From the IMG/VR virus record IMGVR_UViG_3300037091_000121, positions 3,203-67,202 of that record: a DNA stretch of 64,000 nucleotides; one strand, given 5' to 3'. The notes under the pieces are model-generated. The model saw only the letters and a program-made list of their open reading frames with translations. It was not told where the DNA came from and ran no database searches. The stretch is from a virus. Each line of letters opens with the position of its first letter. The stretch's first letter is position 1. The position numbers and the translations under genes were made by a program. Positions 10,166 to 19,400 of the stretch are shown piece by piece.

Positions 10166-10663
10166 ATGAAAGATACGGAACTAGCTTATGCAGCAGGTAT
10201 CCTTGACGGAGAAGGATACGTCGGTATGGTCTACCGGAAGCCTGGAGCCCGTCTTGTTAGGGCTGATTACACCCTACAAACTGTTATCGGTATGACACAC
10301 GAGCCCACCATTCGATGGCTCTGCGAAACCTTCGGGTTCAACTTCTTCCGAAAGGAACCAAGGCAAGCCCATCACACCGTCGCCTTCTTGGCATCTCTTC
10401 AACACAAGAGAGCCGCTGAATTCCTTCGTCTAGTTCAGCCCTATGTTAGAACAAAGGCTGAACAGGTCTCTCTTGCGATTGAGTTCATCGACGGCCTCTG
10501 CGAGTGGCGTGATAAAGTCGGAGCCAACCGAAAGAGAATACCCGATGATGAACAAGATCGTCGCCACGGATACTATTCCAAACTCCGAGACCTCAACGGC
10601 AGGAAGCGTGGCGATCAATCAGAACCTAACTCTGAAAGAGCAGCCGACCTATATCCTAGATAA
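10166..10663 (+). CDS. Free-standing single-motif LAGLIDADG homing endonuclease
   Basis: LAYAAGILDGEGYV motif and FLRLVQPYVRTKAEQV; inserted antisense to the head operon. Confidence 0.88.
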   Translation: MKDTELAYAAGILDGEGYVGMVYRKPGARLVRADYTLQTVIGMTHEPTIRWLCETFGFNFFRKEPRQAHHTVAFLASLQHKRAAEFLRLVQPYVRTKAEQVSLAIEFIDGLCEWRDKVGANRKRIPDDEQDRRHGYYSKLRDLNGRKRGDQSEPNSERAADLYPR

Positions 10664-10672
10664 ACCCAACCA

Positions 10673-10702
10673 CAATCCCTCTGGTTATAGCCAGAGGGAT
10701 TG
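10673..10702. terminator. Hairpin between convergent genes
   Basis: CAATCCCTCTGG-N6-CCAGAGGGATTG. Confidence 0.55.
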
Positions 10703-10712
10703 TGCCACATCT

Positions 10713-11351
10713 TCAGGACCACATCTGAAGTGCGTCCAAAGCCCCCGTAATCGCGCCGGTATAGAAGGTAGGAATGAACTGAACATAGGCCAGACCGTTG
10801 ATATCACCAGGGCCATTACCAACCACCTGGGTTCCAGTGCTATCCAGACCACTCTGCGGGAAGCCTACGATCCTCACCATTGGGAGAGTAGACACCACAG
10901 CGTTCAGCACATCCACATGCCACAGACCAGAAGCGCTCTTGACGATATTGAACCTATCCATCAGCATCGCCTGGGTAAACACAGCACTCGCCGGCGTGGT
11001 ATGGAAAGCGTTCATGATGTAGGTGGAGGTCGGCTGAAAGGCTGCGAACGCAACCGGGGCTCCAGTAACACCAGTCGCCTTATTACCCGGCTGCCCAAGA
11101 ATGGGGCTAGTCAACTGGGCCATACCAGCGGTGGTAGCTGTAGTGCAAACAGCGATGGTGCCATTCGCGCCATCAACATAGATCAGGTCGCCTACGACAT
11201 AGGACTGTGCAGCGGTCTCTTTGAAGTAGGATTCCGAGACCAATGCGGGGACGTTATTCGGGTCAACTACTTTAGTTCCGTGGTTAGCTGGTTGTGTTCC
11301 GCTCAACGGATAGTCCAGCGTCACGGGGATCAGCAACATTGTTTGGGCCAT
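10713..11351 (-). CDS. Putative capsid decoration/cement protein
   Basis: Lies just upstream of the capsid gene; AQSYVVGDLIY motif; beta-rich. Confidence 0.55.
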   Translation of the reverse strand: MAQTMLLIPVTLDYPLSGTQPANHGTKVVDPNNVPALVSESYFKETAAQSYVVGDLIYVDGANGTIAVCTTATTAGMAQLTSPILGQPGNKATGVTGAPVAFAAFQPTSTYIMNAFHTTPASAVFTQAMLMDRFNIVKSASGLWHVDVLNAVVSTLPMVRIVGFPQSGLDSTGTQVVGNGPGDINGLAYVQFIPTFYTGAITGALDALQMWS

Positions 11352-11436
11352 TATTTCATCTCCTTAAGACACTGGGTTACCCGCTCAAATAGATCCAGGT
11401 ATCCAAATACATTATACGCGATTCCGTCTAGATTGC

Positions 11437-12279
11437 CTACCACTCCCCTTTTCGGCTACCGTGATCCGGGGAAGCTCGAACATCCACCACTTTTCGTCCT
11501 GCGCTTCGGTTCATAGATTCAGCCACATCCATCGCATTCTGAACCTGCGGGATAGAATCGAATGCGCCTGACGGACTGTATCGAAGAACACGGGCAGCAT
11601 AAACCTCTGGTGGAATCTGAACCGCACGACCAAGCTGTCCAACCAACGGCCTGCCGTCGTCATCCATCACATCCTCTGCGCCCTGCGAGTAGAAAGAACG
11701 CAGACGACGAGAGTTAGGTTTCCCATCCACATCCTTGTCTCTAATCCAACGAGGAATCCATCCCGGACGAACTAGCGTCTTCCCAGTTTTCAGGCTAACC
11801 ATTGCTGCCACATCATCGAACTCTGGCATATAGGCAGCCAGTGACATTCGAGCCCGATCCGTGGCCGACATATTCATACCTGGGTTACGAGATTTAGCCC
11901 TAGCCTCGTTGTCCTCGGAGTAGGCCCTAGCCACCTCTTCAAGAGCCATATCCATCGCGTATTTGATAGGGTCATTAGCCTGTTCCTCGGAGATTTTAGG
12001 TTCCTTGGATGGAACAGGCTCCTCGAAATCCTTTGTGTCTCTCATATTCTCACGGTGGAGTTCCACATTCGAACCCACACCTAATTCTTCTCTCATCGCT
12101 GCTGCTGTCTCCTTACCAAACGCGTTCGCCTCGGCCGCTTCATCCGCTGGCATCGCAAGGGAGTGGGCGCTGCAGAACTCGCTAGTTCCCATCGCCCACT
12201 TGTAACACTTCTCCTCGCCATTTCGATAGGAGCAATAGGAATGGCCCTCACACTTCTGTTTGGAGGATGGCTTCTTCAT
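11437..12279 (-). CDS. Head-module hypothetical protein
   Basis: 280-aa ORF with PGWIPRWIR between scaffold and decoration genes. Confidence 0.6.
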   Translation of the reverse strand: MKKPSSKQKCEGHSYCSYRNGEEKCYKWAMGTSEFCSAHSLAMPADEAAEANAFGKETAAAMREELGVGSNVELHRENMRDTKDFEEPVPSKEPKISEEQANDPIKYAMDMALEEVARAYSEDNEARAKSRNPGMNMSATDRARMSLAAYMPEFDDVAAMVSLKTGKTLVRPGWIPRWIRDKDVDGKPNSRRLRSFYSQGAEDVMDDDGRPLVGQLGRAVQIPPEVYAARVLRYSPSGAFDSIPQVQNAMDVAESMNRSAGRKVVDVRASPDHGSRKGEW

Positions 12280-12441
12280 TCCAACTCACCCTCTTCGTCA
12301 TCCTCCAAGCATTCATCCTCCATCCTATGATACTCCTCAAGGCATTTATCCCAAAGATTTCCGTCTACTTCCATGGACACATTAATTGGTATTGCTTGCT
12401 CGGTGGAGTTGTAAGTTTTGCCCCAATCTAGTTCATTCATC

Positions 12442-13410
12442 CTATCTCTTCCCCTTCGACTTATCGATACGCTTCTTGGCTCTCACGTATTCGTCGATGG
12501 TATGCATCCCTCGCTCATCCACAGCATCAAGAGCAGCCATCTCCTCCGGTGCGATGCGAGCTACTCGCTTATCTGCAAGCCAGCGAGAACCTTTCGCATA
12601 CTCGTCAGAGTATCCCCTGTCAGCATTAGATGATTGATCCATACCACTCCTCGATTGCGGAACCAATGATCGGTTCACCGCCGCCCTAGCCGACTTGTCA
12701 TCCAGGTTAACTGCCCTATCCGGCATCTGGTCGGCATCCATCCAAGCCACCAGCCCCAACGCCGTAGATGCAAGCACCTGAGGGCTCTCCAACCATTCAG
12801 GGGGCATACTCTCAAGTTGCTTACGGAACAACTCATCAAACTGGGGATGGTCCATGATGTGAACATAATCAGGAGCCACAGCAGCCAGAGCATCTGCAGT
12901 CTTTTGCGTGGCGTCATCTACATACTTACGCCCAACCAACCCTCGCTGCTGCGCTAATTGGTCCTGTAACGGTTTGGCGATCTTCTCCGCCTCCTCCCGG
13001 ATAGCAGCCCGGAACTGGTCCGGGGTCATCTCCCACATCTCAGGGTCCTGGCCACGCTGCACCGGTTCAGGAATAACGGGTTCCGGTTCTGGAGTAACGG
13101 GCCGAACATTCGGAGGAGCATCGCCAGTATTCGAACCCATCACCGCTGGTCGTGCCCAATCACGGAACCGCTTCGGGTCACGGATTACCGGATCTCCCTC
13201 ATCTGACAGATCAAGGCCGTGAGTAGCCAGCCGATCCTTAAGACCCTTCACACGATCCTGAAGAGCCGATTGAAGTCGGGTTTCGGCTACCTCTTCCTCG
13301 TCTTGAGGTTCTTCTTCTTCGCCCGAATCCCATTCCTGGATGTTTTCTTCTTCTGGCTCCGGTTCAGGGATTGGGTCTTCTTGTTTTGGTCTTGAGAACC
13401 AACTTGCCAT
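12442..13410 (-). CDS. Putative capsid scaffolding protein
   Basis: Acidic N-terminus, helical body, C-terminal TIDEYVRAKK; sits between portal and capsid. Confidence 0.6.
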   Translation of the reverse strand: MASWFSRPKQEDPIPEPEPEEENIQEWDSGEEEEPQDEEEVAETRLQSALQDRVKGLKDRLATHGLDLSDEGDPVIRDPKRFRDWARPAVMGSNTGDAPPNVRPVTPEPEPVIPEPVQRGQDPEMWEMTPDQFRAAIREEAEKIAKPLQDQLAQQRGLVGRKYVDDATQKTADALAAVAPDYVHIMDHPQFDELFRKQLESMPPEWLESPQVLASTALGLVAWMDADQMPDRAVNLDDKSARAAVNRSLVPQSRSGMDQSSNADRGYSDEYAKGSRWLADKRVARIAPEEMAALDAVDERGMHTIDEYVRAKKRIDKSKGKR

Positions 13411-13538
13411 CTATTTCCTCCATCTTTCCGGCTTCGTGGTTAGCTTGGTGACTTCACAACGGTAACACCTCCACTCATAGAAAACAGGGTGGATATTTTC
13501 TGGAAACCACTTATGAAGTCCAATTCGGCACATCCAAT

Positions 13539-13754
13539 TCATTCAATAACTTCCGCGTCAGGGTCGTTCAAAACGATTGCTAAATTAGCGAACATAGCCG
13601 CCGTCTGAAGATGAGTAAGAGCCAACGACAACTCCCTGGTCTGTGGAAGTTCTTTCAAGTTATCTCGAAGACATCGAAATCGATATCGGTTGGCCTGCAA
13701 TAACTCCCGACCCGACTCTCCCGGTTTATGGTAATAAAACGAATCTCCCCTCAT
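13539..13754 (-). CDS. Acb2/Tad1-hairpin family small protein (putative nucleotide-signal sponge)
   Basis: FYYHKP...R..F..L......P.TRELSLALTHLQTAAMFANLAI fits the family pattern F.YH.P...R......P.SRE.SLA.T.LE.A.MWAN.AI. Confidence 0.65.
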   Translation of the reverse strand: MRGDSFYYHKPGESGRELLQANRYRFRCLRDNLKELPQTRELSLALTHLQTAAMFANLAIVLNDPDAEVIE

Positions 13755-14453
13755 GATTTATCCACTCCTCGCTCTTTACTAGAAACCGTCAAGCTATCCA
13801 CCGGTTCATCAATGATACGCCGAAGCACCGAATGCTGACCCTGCTTGAACTTCACCGTCTCCAGATCAATCTGCGTGTTCACGGCAAGCTGTCGTTCTAC
13901 AAGGTTTAGCCGATACTCCAGGGCTGGCTTAATTACGTCCCGCCAAGTAGAACTCTCTACGAATGACCTAACCATTTGGCGATCTTCTACATCTCTCGGG
14001 TCTACATTCTCTGTCAATTTAGTTGGGTCGGTATGAAGATACTCGTAGGGCTTCTTCATACACCATCTCTCACAATAGACACCACCGGCTCCCACTGACC
14101 GTATTGGTCAGATTCACTAGCAGGAATCCACGCATTCTTGTTCCACACAAACATCATCTCCGAGGGGAGGCACACCCGACCATAGCAGCGGCGATGACGG
14201 TCCATCATCTCGATGTAGCGATATTCGCCCCTCAATGAGCAAAGCTCACCCCACGCCTCCTCGAACAGGTCGGCCTCTTTTCGAATGGCCTCGTAATCAA
14301 CCCTAGCCAATTTTTTCCTTCTCCTTATTCTTACATTCAGGACACTCTACACCGCGAAGAACCGACCCCGCTGCATCCAAATCAGCAGATTCTTTAAAAT
14401 AATACCATACCAAATGCCCACAAATATGCTTTATGCAGACCCCCAAGCTATCA

Positions 14454-15146
14454 TCATCCAACCCCTGAATCTCCTTTAACCACATATCCTTTGTCGAGTT
14501 GATGGATGGACCACTTTCCACTAGGAGAGGGTCTAAAGTCGTAGATACCGCCTGGCTCGGTATTATCACGGAACTCCAGATCGAAGTCAATCTTTGGGTT
14601 ATCCGTCCCCGTCTTTACCCAGCCCTCAATCAATTTAATGCACCTGCTGTGCGTTACGCAACACACCGTAATCCCCTGCCCCTCAACGTGCTGCATCAAC
14701 TTCCTGATCCACCCAATTAAACGCTTCTTCCAAGCCGCGAAACTCTCGCCGCCTTTTACCGGAACCATAGGATGATCCTCTGCATACTGGCGCAGCAAAG
14801 GCTTGGCTATCACCGCGCTCATCCCAGTGAACTCACCCATATCCCAGGGCAGCAGTTCCTTCTTCTTCCTCGGCTTCAATCCTATCGGCCCACCGATCTC
14901 TCTAGCAGTCACCAGGGCTCGAACCAAGGGGCTGCAATACAGTTCTACTATGCCAGCATCCTTCAGCCTCTCTCCTCTATCCTTGGCCTCCTTGACACCT
15001 ACCGATGTCAATGGATGATTGCTCTGCCCCCTCACAACGTCACCAGCAGTCCCCTTCTTCTGGTTATCGGCTGTGGCTCCGTGTCTCACAATCAGGATTC
15101 TAGGGCCTGGAAAAGCAGATACATCGTTAATGTTTTGAGACTTCAT
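14454..15146 (-). CDS. Histidine phosphatase family protein
   Basis: ILIVRHG, SPLVRALVTA, GGES and VTHS motifs. Confidence 0.88.
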   Translation of the reverse strand: MKSQNINDVSAFPGPRILIVRHGATADNQKKGTAGDVVRGQSNHPLTSVGVKEAKDRGERLKDAGIVELYCSPLVRALVTAREIGGPIGLKPRKKKELLPWDMGEFTGMSAVIAKPLLRQYAEDHPMVPVKGGESFAAWKKRLIGWIRKLMQHVEGQGITVCCVTHSRCIKLIEGWVKTGTDNPKIDFDLEFRDNTEPGGIYDFRPSPSGKWSIHQLDKGYVVKGDSGVG

Positions 15147-15329
15147 CTGAACCCTTCAACCATGGGTATCTCTTCACCCATTCGGATTTGGCGGCAGGAA
15201 CTTCATGGTCGGGATAGTTAAGTTGAAATAAATCGAACACTTTATTCATAAGGCAGCAAGCCACCATCCTAGCCTCATCGCGCTCTTTCAGAAACCTAAA
15301 CGCACTCTCTAAAACCTTCTGATCGTCCA

Positions 15330-17450
15330 TCACTGGCCCATCATACCTGGGGGTCCTCCACCCGACTTCGGAGGAGGTGGTCCTGGCGCTCCGATAGATT
15401 TACCCGGACCCGGAGAAGGCATCGCTGGAGCACCTGCAGGAGGCTGCACAGCCCCTCCACTATCTCCTCCAGGGCCTCCAAGGAGAGGCTGCCCACCACC
15501 AGAAGCCATTTCCGCCTGTTGAACCTGTTGCTGTGCTTCAACACCCTTCTTGATCGCTCCCATCAACTCTTCCCGGTGAGGATAGTTCAAAGCGCGAAGG
15601 TAGTCATCCGCCAGCATCATCTTCGCCTCAACGTTACTCTGAACCAATGGATCTCCCAGCATCGCGTTACGGATCATCACCGCAATCTGAACTCTGGTTC
15701 CCATATCAGACATCTGCTTCAACCCAGTAGGAACAAACTGAACCCGTCTTCTCAATATGTCAGGAGGGATAGACTTGAACACATTCTCATTCGCCGGCAC
15801 CGTAGAGCGAAACTTCACCTCTCCGTCAGGGCCAACCCCATACTGCGACACCAACCATCTAACCTGATCCCAAATCTTAACGTGCTGTCGAGCCACCTCT
15901 GCTACGTGGTCCTCGAACACACGCTGCAAAGAGCTGTTCACCATCTGCATCTCACCTAGTGTTGACTCGCTCTCTGCAGGCTTTCCCAAGGATATGTTAG
16001 AGGTGGCCGTCAATCGGTCGCAAATATCCTGAAGATGAAGGTGCATTTGGTAATGCTCGGCAGGAAGCGCCATGGGTGGAACCGGCTTGATGCCGCCAAG
16101 GTTCTGCACCCTAATCGGCTTCCCTAGCTGCATAACGAACCGATCAGGGAACAGTCCAGCCGTGTCATCGTAGAAGATGTTTCCATTCCAGTTAAGAGCA
16201 AGGTCCCCATGGTCGATCAACTGATTAAGAACCGCTGTATCTGCATTATGAAACGAGGAGATCAACTCTGCCACGCCCATCGCAAACATCTCGCCAGGGC
16301 GCACCATATAACGCATCATCGTATAGTAAGGCTGTCCGTGTTCATACTCAAGCCAAGACAGACGAAGTATTTTACGGGTGTCCATGTGCATGACAACAAC
16401 GGCCCACTCCATAAGTCCGTCGCCATCGAAATCCGCTTTCCAACAAAGTTCAGCCACTCTGTACTGTCGGTAGAGTCGATCATCGTCACCTCCGTAGGTT
16501 CCTCTGGCAGAATAGCTATCGGATAGCCCTTGAGCATCTAACCTCTCTCTTCGTTCCTGAGATACATCATCCGATTGAGCCGCCATCACCATCTCGACGG
16601 CATCCTCATCGTAGATACCCTGCTTCACTCCAAGAACAAGGTCCTCGCCACGGATGCTATAAATCTCACCGATACCATACGCCTCTTCAGGTTCTCTCGC
16701 CGTAGGTGGAAGGATGAACATATCCTCCCAAGGGATCACCTTCAGGCAAATGCCCTGGTAGGCGGTGACGGTCTCATGCTCCAGTTTTACTCCTTCTACC
16801 CCAGCCCACACCGCGTGGTCTGGACGACCAGTCTTGGAAAGGTGCTGTCGGGCTTTGTTCTTGTTGTAATTCACCACCACTCTAGGATGACGCTCAATCT
16901 TCTGCTCGTAGGTAGTTCTCACCAGGCAGTTCCCAGTAACAGAAATCTCCTTGTGGATCTTCCTGGCAAACCCAATCCAATCAGCAGAGTTCAGCATCGA
17001 CCACAAGCAGTCGCCAATCACATCGGAATATTGGTCGGCTTCCTTATCGTCATCCTCGGCTATGGTGGAATACGGGGGAACGTCGTCTAGGATCTGCCCA
17101 TTCAGACGGTAGGTATGGGAATCGGCGTAGATACGGGTGAATGGGGAAGGGCTGTCAGAGGAGTTATCCCATCGGTTCGCTGTTCCAGGAGGCATCGTCT
17201 CGTAGGCGTATCGCCATACCTGAGAGGCGTCTCTCCTCCTGGCGACGGTCATGTGGTATCCGTCTATCTCTTGAGCGATTCGAATAGCCAGCGCTGACCG
17301 ACTAACCATCGACTCGGGTATTCGGGTATCTATCCGCTGGAACTGGGGCTCATCCTCTTGAGGTGGCGCTTCAGGTTCTTCCTGATCTTTCTGATCTTCC
17401 TCCTCGGAATCATTGATACCCAGATCATCGGCATTGGGATTATGCAGCAT
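15330..17450 (-). CDS. Portal protein
   Basis: 706 aa with ISVTGNCLVRT, YTMMRYMVRPGEMFAMGVAE and an acidic N-/Pro-Gly C-terminal tail; lies between terminase and scaffold. Confidence 0.8.
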   Translation of the reverse strand: MLHNPNADDLGINDSEEEDQKDQEEPEAPPQEDEPQFQRIDTRIPESMVSRSALAIRIAQEIDGYHMTVARRRDASQVWRYAYETMPPGTANRWDNSSDSPSPFTRIYADSHTYRLNGQILDDVPPYSTIAEDDDKEADQYSDVIGDCLWSMLNSADWIGFARKIHKEISVTGNCLVRTTYEQKIERHPRVVVNYNKNKARQHLSKTGRPDHAVWAGVEGVKLEHETVTAYQGICLKVIPWEDMFILPPTAREPEEAYGIGEIYSIRGEDLVLGVKQGIYDEDAVEMVMAAQSDDVSQERRERLDAQGLSDSYSARGTYGGDDDRLYRQYRVAELCWKADFDGDGLMEWAVVVMHMDTRKILRLSWLEYEHGQPYYTMMRYMVRPGEMFAMGVAELISSFHNADTAVLNQLIDHGDLALNWNGNIFYDDTAGLFPDRFVMQLGKPIRVQNLGGIKPVPPMALPAEHYQMHLHLQDICDRLTATSNISLGKPAESESTLGEMQMVNSSLQRVFEDHVAEVARQHVKIWDQVRWLVSQYGVGPDGEVKFRSTVPANENVFKSIPPDILRRRVQFVPTGLKQMSDMGTRVQIAVMIRNAMLGDPLVQSNVEAKMMLADDYLRALNYPHREELMGAIKKGVEAQQQVQQAEMASGGGQPLLGGPGGDSGGAVQPPAGAPAMPSPGPGKSIGAPGPPPPKSGGGPPGMMGQ

Positions 17451-17714
17451 TATCGCTTTCGTCTAACCTTCTTGGGCTTGGATACTTTCTCTGGCAAGGA
17501 CTTAAACTCCCCCTTCGTTGCCTTATCGAACTCATCTACAACTTTGGGCTTGATCTCTCCCTTGGACTCCATAGCATGGAACGCTCGCTGTTGAGATTTG
17601 CTCTGGTACGGAATTGGAGTTCTCCTATTAAAGTAGTGACAGCACCCGCAGGCATACACCCCAATGGGGGATTGGTCCCTTTTATGTATCCTTACGAATA
17701 CAGACCTTGTATCA

Positions 17715-17980
17715 TCCTAGCCGGCCGGCACCCAGGGGCGCTGTCACAGATGCGGGGCATCGCGCTACCGAGGATCGCCGCCCCTTCTCTTCTCGACACG
17801 CCTGGCCCGCCAACCCCGGATCTACTCTGGGAGTGCTGCTGTCGAGCGGATATAACGAGTTCCCGAGTTGCACGGGGTCTTCCGGGGGGACAACCCCGGT
17901 GAGCTAGCTGTTACTCCATCTCGTTGAGTTTCAGTATGGATGGAGGGGATCGCTTGGGTAGCTGCTCCACCCACACTGCA
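17715..17980 (-). ncRNA. Candidate structured RNA/leader upstream of the portal operon
   Basis: GC-rich region without a credible ORF, directly after a consensus promoter, with several hairpins. Confidence 0.4.
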
Positions 17981-17985
17981 CTGAT

Positions 17986-18014
17986 AGTATACCAAGGTCA
18001 GGGTTGGTTGTCAA
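17986..18014 (-). promoter_or_regulatory. Sigma70-type promoter (phage-repeated TTGACAaccaaccc motif)
   Basis: TTGACA-N17-TATACT. Confidence 0.8.
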
Positions 18015-18577
18015 CCCCCTACCTCTCGTCCGGAGGGATATAGTCCAAGGTGCTCTTCTTGTGAACTAGATCCTTGCTCTGATCGTGGAACTGATCCTTG
18101 GTCTTGGGCCGCAGAGGTGCGTAGAACTTGTTAAGCTCATCAGAGGGCTTAAAGTCCCGGCCGGAGGTATTCTCCCCGCCGTCGATGCCTCGAACCTGCG
18201 CCGCCATCTTGATAACCTCCGGTGGCAACAACTTGGCTGCCTCACCCGGCGGAAGGCTATTCACACGGCTCGTTTTGTTAAGCGCCACGAGACACCGCCT
18301 TCCTAGTAACTTACGCGATCCTTGCCTTTGCCACCGGCAGGCTGGTCAGCCGCCTCGAATGGATGCCAAGCACCCTTCGCCCCGATAACGGCAGGGTCCC
18401 ACTCTCCAGGAATCTCAAACTCTGGCAAACACTGGCGGTCCTCAGTGAAGTTCCCGCCAGGGTTGGGTTCATATTCCGACAGGTCGATGGTAGACTTAGT
18501 GGCAGTCTTCCTACCCTCTGGCGAAATCGGGTACGGATCAACCCGCACAATCGGGGAGTTAGCCATGGTCATTCTCC

Positions 18578-19225
18578 TTATGCTGCAGCACCGGACGAGA
18601 CATCTCCCGCCCCTACCGCTATTATACACGAAGCCTTGATCATTAGCCAATCGTCCACTCCTGGCGAGTACAGTAATTTGGCGTTCTTCCCCCAATGCAC
18701 GGTCATCCCACGAATATCCTCAAACGGCTTGCCATCCAGTAACTCCCCACAGGTGATCCGCAGACCTTCCCTTGGACCACGCTTGACCAACCTGCCAGGA
18801 CCATAAGCAAGGATGTATCCACTACGATTCCGATTTTGGTATCGCTCGGGGATCTCTATACCGCCAGTAGTTTCTCTCTTGCGCCACCCACTAACGAGCA
18901 GCCATTCACCGCAAGGGTCTATCCCATATCCAGGGTTGGAGGTTAGGATGGCTACGATGTCTTCATCAGACACCACTCCCTCCATCTCATTGATACCCGG
19001 CTCCATATCCATCCGCTCAAACAGGACGCGCTCTCCAACTCTGGCCTGAAACTTTCGGCAGATCCCAGAAGGAAGGTCCTTCCTCCCTGAACCCAACTTA
19101 ACTACTTTCCCTTCGTTGCAGTTCCACGGGTCACCGTCGGGAAGGAAGATGCCTCCCTTAGTTTGGGTTTCGGGTGGAGTTATCTGAACCCTATAATTCA
19201 TCCCAGTAGGATTCCAGTTAATCAT
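18578..19225 (-). CDS. groES: GroES-like co-chaperonin with two tandem cpn10 domains
   Basis: TQTKGGIFLPD...GKVVKLGSG...VGERVLF, then ETTGGIEIPE...GYILAYGPG. Confidence 0.8.
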   Translation of the reverse strand: MINWNPTGMNYRVQITPPETQTKGGIFLPDGDPWNCNEGKVVKLGSGRKDLPSGICRKFQARVGERVLFERMDMEPGINEMEGVVSDEDIVAILTSNPGYGIDPCGEWLLVSGWRKRETTGGIEIPERYQNRNRSGYILAYGPGRLVKRGPREGLRITCGELLDGKPFEDIRGMTVHWGKNAKLLYSPGVDDWLMIKASCIIAVGAGDVSSGAAA

Positions 19226-19400
19226 TCCGCCTTTTCCATATAGCTCACTATCATTGTTGTTCGCATTCCTACTCCAAACGCAGACTCAACACATACCTTC
19301 TCGTGCTGGAACTCCAAACCGTTTAGCCAATCACTAGGATCTCTATCCTCATTGAATGACCGAACAACCCACTTCTTTAAATATGTTCCGTTGATACTTC

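Noticed and set aside
8724-11516. Long plus-strand ORFs 8724-9668 and 10443-11516
   Set aside because: Antisense shadows of the capsid and decoration genes, with no recognisable motifs.
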